From: Octopus sinensis
Taxonomy: Eukaryota
DNA: 64,000 nucleotides
Reading direction: 5' to 3'
NCBI RefSeq assembly: GCF_006345805.1
Contig: NC_043003.1
Location: 14,756,001 to 14,820,000, forward strand
Each line of letters begins with the position of its first letter. Positions within the stretch are counted from its first letter, which is position 1. This document shows, in pieces, positions 1 through 13,204 of this stretch. A program made the translations under genes and the position numbers. Below the pieces are notes generated by a model, which searched no databases, was not told the DNA's origin, and saw only the letters and a list, made by a program, of their open reading frames with translations.

Positions 1-8
1 TAATAATA

Positions 9-2160
9 ATGTTCAAGGCATTTACTGCAGTGATATCGCAAAGGTTGAACAAGCACCTGGACGAAAACAAACTGTTCCCAGAAGAGCAGAAAGGATGCCG
101 CAAAGGCTCATATGGCTGTAAAGATCAACTAATGATTAATAAAGCCATAACTGAAGACAGCCACAGAAAGAAGAAAGGCCTCAGTATGGCCTGGATTGAC
201 TACAAAAAGGCGTTTGATAGCATTCCCCACACATGGATCCTCGAAATACTAGCCATTAACAAAGTAGCACCAACAATCATAAAATCATAGAGCACTCTAT
301 GAATAAATAGCAAACAGTCCTACACCTCCAAACAAAGAGGGACTCATGAAAACCAGACATCCTCCCATTAGAAGAGGAATATTCCAGGGAGACACGCTCT
401 CTCCACTCCTTTTCTGCTTGGCACTGTCACCTCTATCTGATATACTAAATAGAACTGATGCGGATATAAATGTTACAGTAAAACGATCAGCCACCTTTTA
501 TATATGGATGACCTAAAACTATACGCTGCAAATGACAAACAGCTGGAACACTATTAAAGACAGTTAATGGATTTACCAAAGAAATAGATATGAAATTTGG
601 ATTAGAAAAATGCGCCAAAGTAACCATGAAAAGAGGAAAACTAGTTAAGAGTAGCAACATCACACTAGATAAAACCAATGAAATAAAAGAATTAGACCAA
701 AGCCAAACTTACAAATACTTAGGAATCCATGAACTAGATAAGACACAACACACACAAATGAAAGAGAAAATAAAAAAGAATATTATAGACGAGTTAGATC
801 AATACTAAAAACAGAGCTCAATGCTAAAAACAAGATAATAGGTATTAACACTTTAGCTCCCAGTTATAAGTTACAGCTACAATATCCTTAACTGGACACG
901 AAATGAACTGACCAAATAGATAGGAAAACAAGAAAAATAATGACAGGATCTAGGATGCATCACCCAAAATCTGACATAGAAAGACTATATATACAACGTA
1001 TAGAAGGTGGTAGAGGCCTTATACAGCTGGAAAACTACTATAAAATAACCACCATAGGACTGCAAAAATATCTACTTCAGAAGGAAGGAAAACTGATACA
1101 AATAGTGGCAAAACACGAGCAAAACAAAAAACTGTTCTCAGTATTTAAGGAAGCTGACAAATACAAACAAGAAATCATACCACCTAACAAATATAAAGAA
1201 GAAGAAGAAGAAGAAGAAGATGAAGAAACAACAAAAGCTATAAAACAAATGAAATCCAAACTAAAAATAGAACAGCAACGAACCATGATAAAACGATGGC
1301 AAGAAAAGCCCCTTCATGGTAAATACTGCACTAAACTAAACGCAAAAGAAATAGACAAAGAAAAATCCCAGCAATTGTTGAGAAGCTCAGGACTCAAAGC
1401 AGAAACAGAGGATTTTTAATTGCAGCACAAGACCAAAGCCTCCCCACCAGAAATTACCAAAAACATGTAATGAAAAGAAATATTGCAAGTAACTGCAGAA
1501 TATGTGGAGATGGACAAGAAACAATAAATCATATTATCTCTAGCTGCCCAGTCCTGGCTAAGAAGGAATATATTCACAGACATGACAGAGTTGGAACCTA
1601 CATACATTGGAAGCTATGCCAACATTATGGAATAACAACAGAAAAAAGATGGTATAGGCACACACCAGAAAAGGTCACAGAAAACGAGAAAGCAACCATA
1701 CTTTGGGATATGCCGATATACACAGATAGAGAAATAAGGCCAACAGACCAGATATAGTTGTCAGAGATCATGAAGAAAAAAAATGCTTTCTAATTGATGT
1801 ATCAATACGGAAGATGACAACGTGTCTCTAAAAGAAATGGAGAAACTCTCAAAATACAAAGACCTGGAAATAGAGGTAACTAGAATGTGGAATCTGAAAA
1901 CAGAAACAATTCCTATCATAGTAGGTGCATTAGGCATGATAAAAAAATATTCAGACAAATACATAACAAAAACACCAGGACTTACAAACACATATAACAT
2001 ACAGAAAATTGCACTACTAGGCACTGCACACATCCTACGCAGAACACTTTCCATACAATAACCATCAGAGCATCACAACAAATCACAGCACATACCCAAG
2101 GCACACAGAGCTGCGCTCGGTAGTGAAGTGAAAGCACGCTATAAAAATAAAACTACTGAA
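9..2160 (+). mobile_element. Decayed R4/Dong-clade non-LTR retrotransposon (RT, CCHC zinc knuckle, REL endonuclease, 3' UTR); frameshifted, 5' part absent from window or truncated
   Basis: ORF pieces carry RT motifs EEQKGC, GCKDQL, AWIDYKKAFDSIPH, GIFQGDTLSPLLF, LYMDDLKLY, KFGLEKC, YKYLGI; then CRICGDGQETINHIISSC..HRHD and REL PDIVV..LIDV..KEMEKLSKYKDLE. Stop at 2061; 3' UTR runs into (TAA)n at 2161. Confidence 0.92.
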
Positions 2161-2190
2161 TAATAATAATAATAATAGTAATGATAATAA

Positions 2191-2637
2191 TCCTTTCTAC
2201 ATTAGGCACAAGTCCTGAAATTTGGGGAAGGGGGATAGTCGATTACATCAACCCCAGTTCACAACTGGTACTTATTTTATTGAACCCCGAAAAAATGAAA
2301 GACAAAGTTAACCACAGAGGAATTTGAACTCAGAATGTGAAGACAGATGAAATACTGCTAAGCATTTCACCCAGTGTGCTAACAATTCTACCACCTTGCC
2401 GCTTTGATAATAATAATAATTACTATTTCTAGTCTAGGCACAAGGCCTTGAAAATTTTTGGAGGAAGTGGGTGAGCTGATTACATCAACCCCAGTGTGTA
2501 ACTGGTATTTATTTTATCAACTCTGAAAGGATGGAAGGCAAAATCAATCTCGGTGGAATTTGAACTCAAAACATAGCGGCAGACGAAATACCGTTAAGCA
2601 TTTCGCCTGGTGTGCTAACAATTCTGCCAGCTTACCA
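2191..2637 (-). mobile_element. Two adjacent tRNA-derived SINEs with Nin-DC-like central domain (2191-2403, 2425-2637)
   Basis: Reverse complement gives head ggcag..gttagcac..ctgagttcaaattcc and gcctttcatcctttcggggtcgataaataagtaccag-type domain; many related copies in the window. Confidence 0.75.
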
Positions 2638-2640
2638 TAC

Positions 2641-2642
2641 TG

Positions 2643-2738
<96 letters not shown>

Positions 2739-2770
2739 GTAATTATTATAATAATAATAATAATATAATA
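2641..2770. repeat. (TAA)n microsatellite
   Basis: Read directly. Confidence 0.95.
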
Positions 2771-3050
2771 GGTTAGCTTGGGAGGTTAAGTGGTTGTGGT
2801 TGATGAAAAAGGTGGTAGTAGTACCAAAAATTGTCAGAGCCCTGAGAACAGTGAGTAAAAATCTTGAGAAGTACATGGAACAAATAGGGGCTGCAATAAG
2901 AGTGCAGCACTTGCAGAAAACAGCATTGCTTGGAACCACTCGAGTATTCTGGATGGTACTTGAAAAATAAAGGGTGTTACCTTAGTTCACTAGTAGTGAA
3001 CAGCTGGCACTGTAGTACATCTCCAGCATTAGAAGCTGTGCAAAGACAAT
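2771..3050 (+). mobile_element. 5'-truncated 3' end of a second R4/Dong-like family (REL C-terminus + 3' UTR)
   Basis: Translates LAWEVKWLWLMKKVVVVPKIVRALRTVSKNLEKYMEQIG..LQKTALLGTTRVFWMVLEK*, homologous to the C-terminus at 1822-2061; TAA repeats on both sides. Confidence 0.8.
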
Positions 3051-3516
3051 ATATAATTATAATAACTATAATAATAATGATAATAATAATAATTTCTAAT
3101 GCTGGCACAGGGCCCCAAATTTAGGGAGGAGTCGAGTTGATTATGTCAAACCCAATACTTGAGTGCAATGTGTAATATATTTATTGATTCCATGAAGATG
3201 CAAAGCAAAACTGACCTCAGTTTTGTCTTTCATTTTTTCCGATAATCATTTCTGTGTTACAATAAGCACAAGGCCAGAGAGTTTTTTAAGAAGGGCACAT
3301 ACTTGACTTGTGCTTATTTTATTGACCCTCATGTGAGTGACTATGTTGTTTGAGGTTGTTAATGTAATTACCATTGGGTGTGTTGTGTCAATCATTGTTG
3401 TAATTCTTGATGTTGCTAATAACTCTGTATAGAGTTTAACAGTTGGTTTCGTGGTTTATATTGGATCCAAATATCTGACAGTTTTTTTTTCCTGCTTTCT
3501 AGTGCTTTTATTATTA

Positions 3517-3660
3517 TTGGCAGAATCGTTAACACACCAACCAGAATGTTTAAGTGGCATTTTTTCCATCTTCGCGTTCTGAGTTCAAATTCTGTCAAAG
3601 TCAACATTGATTTCATCCTTTCGGGGTTGATAAAGTAAACACTGGTTGAGCACTGGAATT
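3517..3660 (+). mobile_element. Nin-DC-like SINE
   Basis: ggcagaatcgttaacac..ctgagttcaaattc..tttcatcctttcggggttgataaa. Confidence 0.65.
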
Positions 3661-3805
3661 TTTAGCTGAATATATCAACCTCGTTACTTATCTTTTTAAA
3701 GCCTGGTATTTATTCTACTGGTCTCTTTTGCCAAACAGCTAAGCTATAGGGTCATAAACATACCAGCACCCATTGTCTAGTAGTGGTGGGGGCAAACACA
3801 AACAC

Positions 3806-3840
<35 letters not shown>

Positions 3841-3873
3841 TAAATATATATATATATGTATATATTTAAAGAT

Positions 3874-4382
3874 GCAGGTGTGTCCTGAGTGGTATGAAGC
3901 TTGCTTCCCATCCACATGATTCTGGGTTTAGTCCCACTGTGTGGAACCTTGGGCAAGTGTCTTCTACTATAGCCTTGGGTCAACCAAAGTCTTATGAGTG
4001 GATTTGGTAGATATAAACTGAAAGAAACTCATCGTATATATATGTGTGTGTGTGTGTTTGTTCCCCACCATTGCTTGACAACCGGTGTTGGTGTATTTAC
4101 ATTCTTGTAACTTAGTAGTTTTGCAAAGGTGACTGATAGATTAAGTCTTGGAGTCGATTTGTTTGACTAAAGGCAGTGCTCCAGCATGACTGCAATCAAA
4201 TGACTGAAGCAAGTAAAAGAATGATAGGCTTCTCTCAGTTTCTATCAATCAAATTCACTCACAAGACTTTGGTCAGCCCGAGGATATAGCAGAAAATACT
4301 TACCCAAAATGCTACGCAGTAGGACTGAACCTTGAACCATGTGGTTGGAAAGCAAGCTTCTTACCACACAGCCATGCCTGTG
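3874..4382. mobile_element. CORE-like tRNA-derived SINE family A: + copy 3874-4220 and - head 4225-4382
   Basis: Matches the full-length copy at 4501-4900. Confidence 0.75.
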
Positions 4383-4500
4383 CTTATGTCCTGCATGTCA
4401 TTTTTTTTTTACTTTCTTTACAAATTTTTAAAATTATTTTTTTTAATGTTACTAAAATGGTAGGATCTTGCAACAAAGAAGTTTGGTGATTCCTCAACAA

Positions 4501-4900
4501 CAGGAGTGGCTGTGTGGTAAGTAGCTTGCTAACCAACCTCATGGTTCCGGGTTCAGTCCCACTGCATGGCATCTTGGGCAAGTGTCTTCTGCTATAGCCC
4601 CGGGCCGACCAATGCCTTGTGAGTGGATTTGGTAGATAGAAACTGAAAGAAGCCTGTCATATATATGTATATATATATATAAGTGTGTGTGTATATGTTT
4701 GTGTGCCTGTGTTTGTCCCCCTAGCATTGCTTGACAACCGATGCTGGTATATTTACGTCCCCGTCACTTAGCGGTTCGGCAAAAGGGACCGATAGAATAA
4801 GTACTGGGCTTACAAAGAATAAGTCCCGGGGTCGAGTTGCTCGACTAAAGGCGGTGCTCCAGCATGGCCGCAGTCAAATGACTGAAACAAGTAAAGAGAG
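4501..4900 (+). mobile_element. Full-length SINE family A (about 400 bp; tRNA-like head, CORE-like box, internal TA/TG microsatellite; possibly octopus OR1-type)
   Basis: A-box tggctgtgtggt, B-box ggttcagtccc, CORE-like cttgggcaagtgtctt, tail aatgactgaaacaagtaaa; very similar to 17753-18160. Family name is unverified. Confidence 0.85.
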
Positions 4901-5815
4901 AGTAACATTTTTTTAAACATATATTTAAAAAAAAAATCTCTTTGAGTCTGAGAGAGTTGCATCTTTACACAGGTTGCTGGTCCAAGAAACACTGAAGAAT
5001 ATAAAGAATATTTGCTAAGTGGCTTTAGTAGGAAGGTTTAGAAAGCAGACGATGCCTGAAGAAGAGTTATTGCAGTTGGGTCGGTGAGATATATTTGTCT
5101 GTCTGCATGGGTTCTTCAAATGAATAAATTCTTGTTGCAATGCTATTGTGTTACCTCTTTTGTTATTTCTATCATTTGAAAACCAGGAAGTTCTGAGTGC
5201 ATTGAAATCTCTTCTAATAATGGATTTCATAAGAATGATGCACATTTTTATAAATATAATCTGACTGTGTCAGCTGTGAAAGGGTTTGTGTAGTATAATT
5301 TGAATATAATTTGAAATATTAGCTGTTCTGTATTGTGCTTGTAAGAATGTTTCCTAAACGGTTGCTATGTGAATTTTGTGTGTGATTACATTAACCTTTA
5401 CTTACATAGAAGTGTTTTTAATGCAATTAATTTTTTACTTTGGTAATTTTAGACTTCTTGCATCAGCTTTGCAAAGTTTAATTTTCATGTGAAACATTTA
5501 TTTTCAAATATATTTCAGTGCAGCGTTGGTTATATCAGGAAGGGAGATAACAACGCTAGTTATCTACATCATTGTTTTCTTGATTGCTGTCATTCTGTGA
5601 TTATTCTATCTTTTAGTTCCATGCAGGTGTTTTTAATGCCATTAATGCTGTGCTTTGGAAGTCTTAGAGTTCTTTGCTAAGTGAGATTTTTTGTGAGAAG
5701 TGTTTATCTTTAAACATATTATGTACATGCTGGAAACAGACAGGGAATATAATAGTATTTCCTGTCTAAATCATTGGCTGGCCACAGTTATAGGGCAAAA
5801 CACTGCCTAAGGTGC

Positions 5816-6165
5816 CTCAAAGTTGAACCGAACCTGGTATTGGTGCCTCATAAAAGGCACTAGTGCCAGTGCCACATAGAAAGCACCAGTGCTGGTGCCA
5901 CATAAAAAACAGTGGTGCTGGTTCCATATAAAAATCACCGGTGCTGGTGCCTCATGAAAAGCACTGGTGCTGGTGCCACATAAAAAACAGAGGTGATGGT
6001 GCCACGTAAAAAGCACTGGTGACACTGTAAAGTTGTAGGCATTGGAAGGGTGTCTAGCTGTAGAAACCATGCCAAAACAGACCATAGAAACTAGTGTGGG
6101 CCTTGGCCTTACCAGTTCATGTCAAACTGTTCAAGCTATACCAGAATGGAAAATGGACATTAAAT
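5816..6165 (+). mobile_element. MetaSINE-like element (family C) with internal gtgccacataaaaagcac subrepeats and (GAT) tail
   Basis: Meta-like ggaagggtgtctagctgtagaaacc; 3' end atggaaaatggacattaaatgat. Confidence 0.7.
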
Positions 6166-6293
6166 GATAACGACGGTGACGATGACAACAACGATGATGA
6201 TGATGAGGATGATGATGATGATGATGACGGCGATGAGGATGATGACGACGACGATGATGATGACAATGATGACGACGATGCTGGTGAGGATGG

Positions 6294-6329
<36 letters not shown>

Positions 6330-6645
6330 CCACAATGATGGTGATGATGAGGATGATGATGCTGCTGCTGCTGCTGCTGATGATGATGATGATAATGATG
6401 AAGACGATGATGATGATGATGACCACAATGATGGTGATGATGATGATGATGATGCTGATGATGATGATAATGAGGATGATGATAATGATGACAACAATGA
6501 TGATGATAATGACAATAGTGATGATGATGATAATGATGACAGCAACGATGATGACGACGACAAAGATGATGATGATGACAATAGTGATGATGATGATAAT
6601 GATGATGATGATAATGATGATGATGACGATGACGATGACGATGAC

Positions 6646-6676
<31 letters not shown>

Positions 6677-6770
6677 GTGATGGTGATGGTGATGATAATG
6701 ATGATGATGATGACAGTGACGATGATGATGATGATGGTGATGGTGATGGTGATGGCGATGGTGATGATGA
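6165..6770. repeat. About 600-bp compound (GAT/GAC/GGT)n microsatellite
   Basis: Read directly; produces the poly-D/S/M ORFs. Confidence 0.95.
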
Positions 6771-7116
6771 CTCAGCAGCCACTTTGCTGCAACTTCTTAG
6801 ACCTGCTGCAGTTGATTGAATTAAGAGTTGTCATGTGAATTTATTTTCACAAAAGCTTCATTTGTCAACGCATAATTTCTCTCTCGGTATATTTATTCGC
6901 TGTAGATTGTCTGTTACAATGATTAGTATTTTCATCACACTAACGAACATAATAAACAAATACTTGAATAAATAAAAACAATAAATAATAAATGTCAGTC
7001 CATTTAAAGAATTTGTTTCTTTTTTTTGTTTTGAAAAAAGTAATGAAACTGCATTTTTTACAAAAAGAAATTTAATGATATTCATTATATACTATGCAAA
7101 TTTATTTTTAAATGGT

Positions 7117-7265
7117 GCAGGTGTGGCTGTGTGGTGAGAAGCTTGCTTCCCAACCACATGGTTCCGGGTTCAGTCCTACTGCATGGCGCCTTGAGCAAGT
7201 GTCTTCTACTATGGCCTCGGAGCAAACCAAAGCCTTGTGAGTGGATTTGGTAGACGTCATATATG

Positions 7266-7297
<32 letters not shown>

Positions 7298-7445
7298 CGT
7301 GCGTGTGCGTGTGTTTGTGTGTGTGTGTTTGTATGTGTGTATGTATGTATTTGTATGTCTGTGTTTGCCCCCCCCCACCATCACTTGACAACCGATGCTG
7401 GTGTGTTTACGTCCTTGTAACTTAGCAGTTCGGCAAAAGAGACCA
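7117..7445 (+). mobile_element. SINE family A, 3'-truncated, expanded internal (TG)n
   Basis: Matches 4501-4900. Confidence 0.8.
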
Positions 7446-8134
7446 ATATGCACAGATGCACACACAAAGGCAATGCACTCACAGAAAGATACATACAAAC
7501 ATACATACACACACAAACACACACACATGCACATACATAGAGCAAGCTTCTTTCAGTTTCCATCTACCAAATTCCCTCACCCTGAGGCCATAGCAGAAGA
7601 CATTTACCAAAGATGCCACACATTGGGACACAACACATTAGTCCACTTGATGATGGCAAAGCACAAGACACATAGAAAGGGCCACATAGAAAAGGGCCTC
7701 ATAGAAAAATCAAATGTGGCCCTTGCTCAAAGGGCCATATAGAAAAATCAAACTTCCAAGACGAAAACCACATTTATTGCAAAGCCAAACTTCACCTAAC
7801 TATCTAATTAAAGATCTTTCAATGAAATATTTCTTAGCTAATGCTTTAATTTCCATCATGTTTATTTTAATAATGTACCATTTCCCATCATGCATCTGAA
7901 ATTTTTTCAATAATAAAACTCTGCTTATTTCTAATATACGTTACTAAAGATTTCCTCTTATCACGTTATTTCCTGTTTTATAATTTTTCTTTTTAACCTT
8001 TATTAAATAATCTCATGTTTTCTTTTGTTTCTTCCATAGCAAAATATTCTTTTAGATACTAATTTTTAGTCATGAACTATATCCATTCTTTTTGATGCTA
8101 TAATACATGAGAATAAGATTTGAGTTGTTTTAGC

Positions 8135-8840
8135 ACTTAGCCTGGGGGTTAAGCTTTTGCACTCACGATTGCTAGACCATGAGATCAATCCCCAGATGGG
8201 GAGGCATTGCTCCAGTTCTCCTTTCAATCAGTGGGGAATATTGGCCTGCTTACCTAGCCAGCAGGGTAGCATCGTTTAAAGGTTAAAATGAGGCAAAGTG
8301 CATTGTGATCAGTGATGTGTAACAACATCTGATAGTCTGGTTGGTCATGTGATATATTTTTTTTATCAATAATGTTCTATAAAGAACTATTTTTCTACTA
8401 ATCTTTCGTTCTTTTATTATTTTACTCGTTTCAGTCATTTGACTGCGGCCATGCTGGAGCACCACCTTGAAGGGTTTTAATTGAACAAATCAACCTCAGG
8501 ACTTGTTCATTATAAGCCTAGTACTTATTCTATCATATATGTATATCTACATCTATAATATATATATATATATATATACACATTTATAGTGGGAACACAT
8601 GGCCTGATACTTAGAATGTCGTCATTCACAATTGCAAGATTGTTGTTTCAATTCCTGGACTGGGTGGTGTGTTGTGTGTTTTCAGCAAAAGACTTCATCT
8701 CCAATTGCTCTGCAATCACTTCAACACCTGACGCGTGGTACACTCTGCCCCTGCAGGGAGTAAGCTTATGTACAACACATACATTTGATCTCTATAAACA
8801 GATAATTTCTGCAGGTTGTTCAGCAAGAAATTACTCAACT
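8135..8840. mobile_element. Cluster of decayed tRNA-derived SINEs (8135-8355 +, family A tail 8410-8535 -, 8590-8840 +)
   Basis: Degenerate A/B boxes (gagatcaatccc; tttcaattcctgg) and family A tail. Confidence 0.55.
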
Positions 8841-8864
8841 ACCTTTCTTGGATGATGGGATACT

Positions 8865-9230
8865 ACCAGCACCATCGCCAGCACCAGCACCACCACCACC
8901 ACCAACATCATCATCATCATCATCGTCGTCGTCGTCGTCGTCGTCGTCATCATCATCATCATCATCACCACCCCCATCATCATCAATGTCGTTGTCGTCA
9001 TCATCGTCGTCATGGTCGACGTCATCGTTATCACCATCATCATCATCATCATTTAACATCCATTTTCCATGCTGACATGGATTGGACAGTTTGACATGGG
9101 CTGACCAGCTGAAGGGCTGTTCAGGTTCCCTGTTTGTTCTAACATGGTTTCTACAGTTGGATGCCCTTCCTAATGCCAACCACTTTACAGAGTGTACTGG
9201 GCACTTTTACACAGCACTGGTATGGATGCT
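8865..9230 (-). mobile_element. Family C (MetaSINE-like) copy with expanded (CAT/CGT/CAC) tail
   Basis: tttctacagttggatgcccttcctaatgccaac; tail array 8865-9052. Confidence 0.7.
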
Positions 9231-9326
9231 TTTTATGTGTCATCATCACTTACAAGCCTGCAAGATTAGGGAAGCTTGGCTGGGGAAGGTTGCAGGGGTC
9301 GAGCCCATATTGCAAGGGCAACCACA

Positions 9327-9497
9327 CTTTTACTTTGCTTGACATATCTTTTCAAGCACAGCAAACCGCCAGGAGTCTTGGTCCCTTTTCATCCCCTCCG
9401 CGAGTCCCAATGTCTGTAGATCCTTTCTCACCACTTCATTCCATGTATTCCTGGGTCTATCCCTTCCATAAGTTCCCTCTCCAATTTGAGATCGATA
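9327..9497 (-). mobile_element. RTE-clade LINE 3' fragment
   Basis: Translates GTYGRDRPRNTWNEVVRKDLQTLGLAEGMKRDQDSWR, resembling the RTE ORF C-terminal GRPRKTW..D...DR..WR motif. Confidence 0.75.
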
Positions 9498-9519
9498 TAC
9501 AGTACTTGGTGACCCTGTC

Positions 9520-9899
9520 AGTGTAGGTGCCACTTAAAATCACCCAGTCCACACTGTAAAGTGGTTGGTGTTCGGAAGGACATCCAGCTGTAAAAGCCTT
9601 GCCAAAACTGTCCTTGCCTGTGCTTGTGCTAAGTAAAAAGCTCAAAGTCCACTCTGCTCAGTGGTTGGTGTTAGGAAAGGCCTCCAGCTGTAAAAAACCT
9701 CCCAAAACAGTCACAGAAGTCTGGCTCAGGCTTCTGTTTAGCCAGCTCTTGTGAAACCATCTCACACATGCTAGCATGGAAGGCAGACGTTGGATGATGA
9801 TGATGTTGATGATGATGATGATGATGCTGATGATGATGATGGTGATGATGATGATTGTGATGATGATGATGATGATGATGATGATGGTGATGATGATTG

Positions 9900-9963
<64 letters not shown>

Positions 9964-9968
9964 GATGA
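9520..9968 (+). mobile_element. Family C copy with duplicated Meta-like domain and (GAT)n tail
   Basis: Two gtggttggtgtt(c/a)ggaa..ccagctgtaaaa blocks (9560, 9660); (GAT)n 9793-9968. Confidence 0.7.
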
Positions 9969-10267
9969 TATGCTCCAAATAAGCAGCTCTGGGTTGTTAT
10001 CTGTTTCCGAATAGACCACAGCCTTTCTGTGACCTCGCTTGAAAACAGGCAGGGTTTAGCACCAGGAAGAACATCTGTCCATAGGAAACTCTGCCAAATA
10101 GTATTCTCATCTGACCCACAAAAGCATTGGAAAAGTAGATAATAAAACAATGACAATGACGATGATGATGACAATGATGAGGATGATGATGATGATGATG
10201 ATTCATTTTATCACTAATTTTTGTTTCTAACTGTAGAGTTCTATAAAGCCCTATTTTAGATTAATCT

Positions 10268-10417
10268 GTATATATATATATATATGTATATATAAGTGTG
10301 TGTGTGTGTTTGTATCTATGTATACACACACACACACACATATATATATACACGTATATATATACATATATAAAGGTATGTATATGTATATATATGTATA
10401 CACGCACACACACACAC

Positions 10418-10476
<59 letters not shown>

Positions 10477-10641
10477 TATATATACACACAAATAATTTTT
10501 CTCTCCTTCATAAAATAATTTTATCATATACTATTTTTCTCTAATGCAATTCATAAGTTATTTTCCTCCATAGCCTGCATTTCCCCGCAAGCAATACATA
10601 TACACACACACACATATACCATACATATACATATACATATA

Positions 10642-10685
<44 letters not shown>

Positions 10686-11792
10686 ATAGAACATTATAAG
10701 TAAAAAACAAATATATTATATATATATATATATTTTTTTTTTACTTATAAGGTTCTATTATTCACTAATAGAGTTTGTTGTGTACTTTCTCTAATGTACT
10801 ATCTTCTCTGAAAGGTTTTTTTTTTTTCTTTCAAATTTTTTTTTTTTTGTTTCCTATCCCTATAAAACACTATTTTTCTTCAATATACTTTCCCCATGTA
10901 GTTTTATCTAATACACTATTTTCCTCTAATGAATAATTTTCTCAAATGTCACTTTTCCACAATCTACCATTTTCCTGCATTGCACTAGTTTCTGTCACGT
11001 ATCATTTTCACCAATATGCTTGCTTCTATTATCTTCTATTTTCTATATTCCGACACTATTTACCGCAAAGAACTTTTCTTTGTGCTGATTACATTGTTCG
11101 CGAAAAAGTTATTGTTTACCATATTTTACTGTCTACTTGTCTGCTTTAGAATTCTGTTTGTACCACCTACTCTGACAAGCTAATGCGTTGTTTACCATAC
11201 TGCTGTAATAAGGAACTAGACTCTGTTGTTGGATAGTTTTTACTTTGATGCCAGCTACACATTTTACTATCTTCATTGTTCTATTCTTTGAATGGAAACT
11301 TGTATACATACATATACATACATATGCATATATATGTATGTATATATACATATATATATAGATAGATAGATATGTATAAACATATATGTATATATATATA
11401 TATATACACATATGTAAAAATATATATATAGTATATATATATATATATTCACACATATATATACATACTCATATACAAATTTCTATATATATAATATCAA
11501 TCTATATATACATATATGTATATATATATATATATTATATATATATATATATATATGCACATGCTTACATTTACACACACAAACATATATATAAACATGC
11601 ATATATTTGTGCATATATTTATATATATATATATGTGTGTGTGTGTATACTTACATACATATATATATACATATATCTACATATATATATATATCTATAT
11701 ATATATATATATATCTCCATATATAGCTGTATGTACATATACATATATATATATATATATGTATATATATTATATGTATATATGTGTGCGTG

Positions 11793-11828
<36 letters not shown>

Positions 11829-11830
11829 AA
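10268..11830. repeat. (TA)/(CA)/(TG) microsatellite blocks with intervening degenerate minisatellite
   Basis: Read directly. Confidence 0.85.
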
Positions 11831-12504
11831 TGTATTTATCTGCTCATTTATTTTATTTTATTCCTGTTTGTTTGGTTTGGTTTTCAAATTGTTTCATTTC
11901 TATTGTTGTTGTTGTTGTTGTTATTGTTAGTGTTGTTGTCGTTGTTGGAGTTTTCTGATAAAATACATATTGCACTCCAATTTATTGAACAAAGAGAAAA
12001 AAAAAATCTTTTTTTTCCGTGCCTTGCGGCAGTGTACCGTCAAATTGTATTTCTGAGGCACTAACAAACTCCACCCACACTGCCATCTTCCGCCCCACGC
12101 CCCCTACCTCCACCACCACCACCACAACTACTACTACCACCTCTGCCACCACCAACAACAACGATGACAAACAAGAGCAACAACGACAACAGCAACAACG
12201 ACAACGTTTTGTAAGACCTGTTCGTCAGATAAATACTTTATCTACTTAGGATAAACAGGCACCATCTTTTACAGGCTGGTTTCTGAGACATATGTCACAT
12301 CTATGTCCTCACCGTTTGTGCAAAATAAAACATTGATTCTGATGACAATATGAAGATTGAACTAACAGATAATTATAAGGTTTCTACCATTTCATTTCAG
12401 AAACTATCAAAGACACTTCAAATTAATATTATTTCAATGGCATTCTTCTCTACCATCTCGCCAAAAAATGCCATAATAACAATCAAAGAATTAGCATTGC
12501 TACT

Positions 12505-12507
12505 CTA

Positions 12508-12565
<58 letters not shown>

Positions 12566-12597
12566 CATCATCACAAACCATTTTTATTATTCATTAT

Positions 12598-12686
<89 letters not shown>

Positions 12687-12843
12687 GCTAATACTGCTGT
12701 TGCTACTACAACTACTACTACTGTTGTTACTACTACTATTACTACTACAGCTGCTGCTGCTACTACTACCACTACTACTACTGCTGCTGTTACTACAACT
12801 ACTTCTACTGTTGCTGCTACTACTAATATCACTGCTGCTGATT

Positions 12844-12875
<32 letters not shown>

Positions 12876-12939
12876 GCAGCTGCTACTACAACTACAACTA
12901 CAACTACTGTTGCTGCTACTACTATTACTGCTGCTACTG

Positions 12940-13002
<63 letters not shown>

Positions 13003-13005
13003 ACT
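12505..13005. repeat. Compound (TAT)(CTA)(CTG)n trinucleotide array
   Basis: Read directly. Confidence 0.95.
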
Positions 13006-13204
13006 ACGTTCTGAGTTCAAATTGCACCAGGGTCAATTTTGCCTTTAGTCTTTTTAGGGCTGACAAAACAAGTACCAGCTGAGCTCTTGGAGGAGTGGAG
13101 GTAGCAATGTAATCAACTTGCCCCTACTGTGGAATTGCTGGCCTTGTGCCAAAATTATCATCATCATCATCATCATTGTTATTATCATTATTGTTATTAT
13201 TACA

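Noticed and set aside
9-2061. Dong ORFs as an active element or domesticated gene
   Set aside because: Multiple frameshifts and stops in both long copies.
4960-5700. Possible host exons (atgcctgaagaagag..gtgag near 5052; acceptor-like sites near 5518 and 32319)
   Set aside because: Short frames closed by stops, no homology recognised; splice-like words are common in AT-rich DNA.
6094-6838. Long poly-D/poly-M/poly-S ORFs (and similar poly-H, YI, SL ORFs at 13283, 21196, 28818, 32397, 34120)
   Set aside because: Stop-free frames of microsatellites, open in several frames at once; no domain content.
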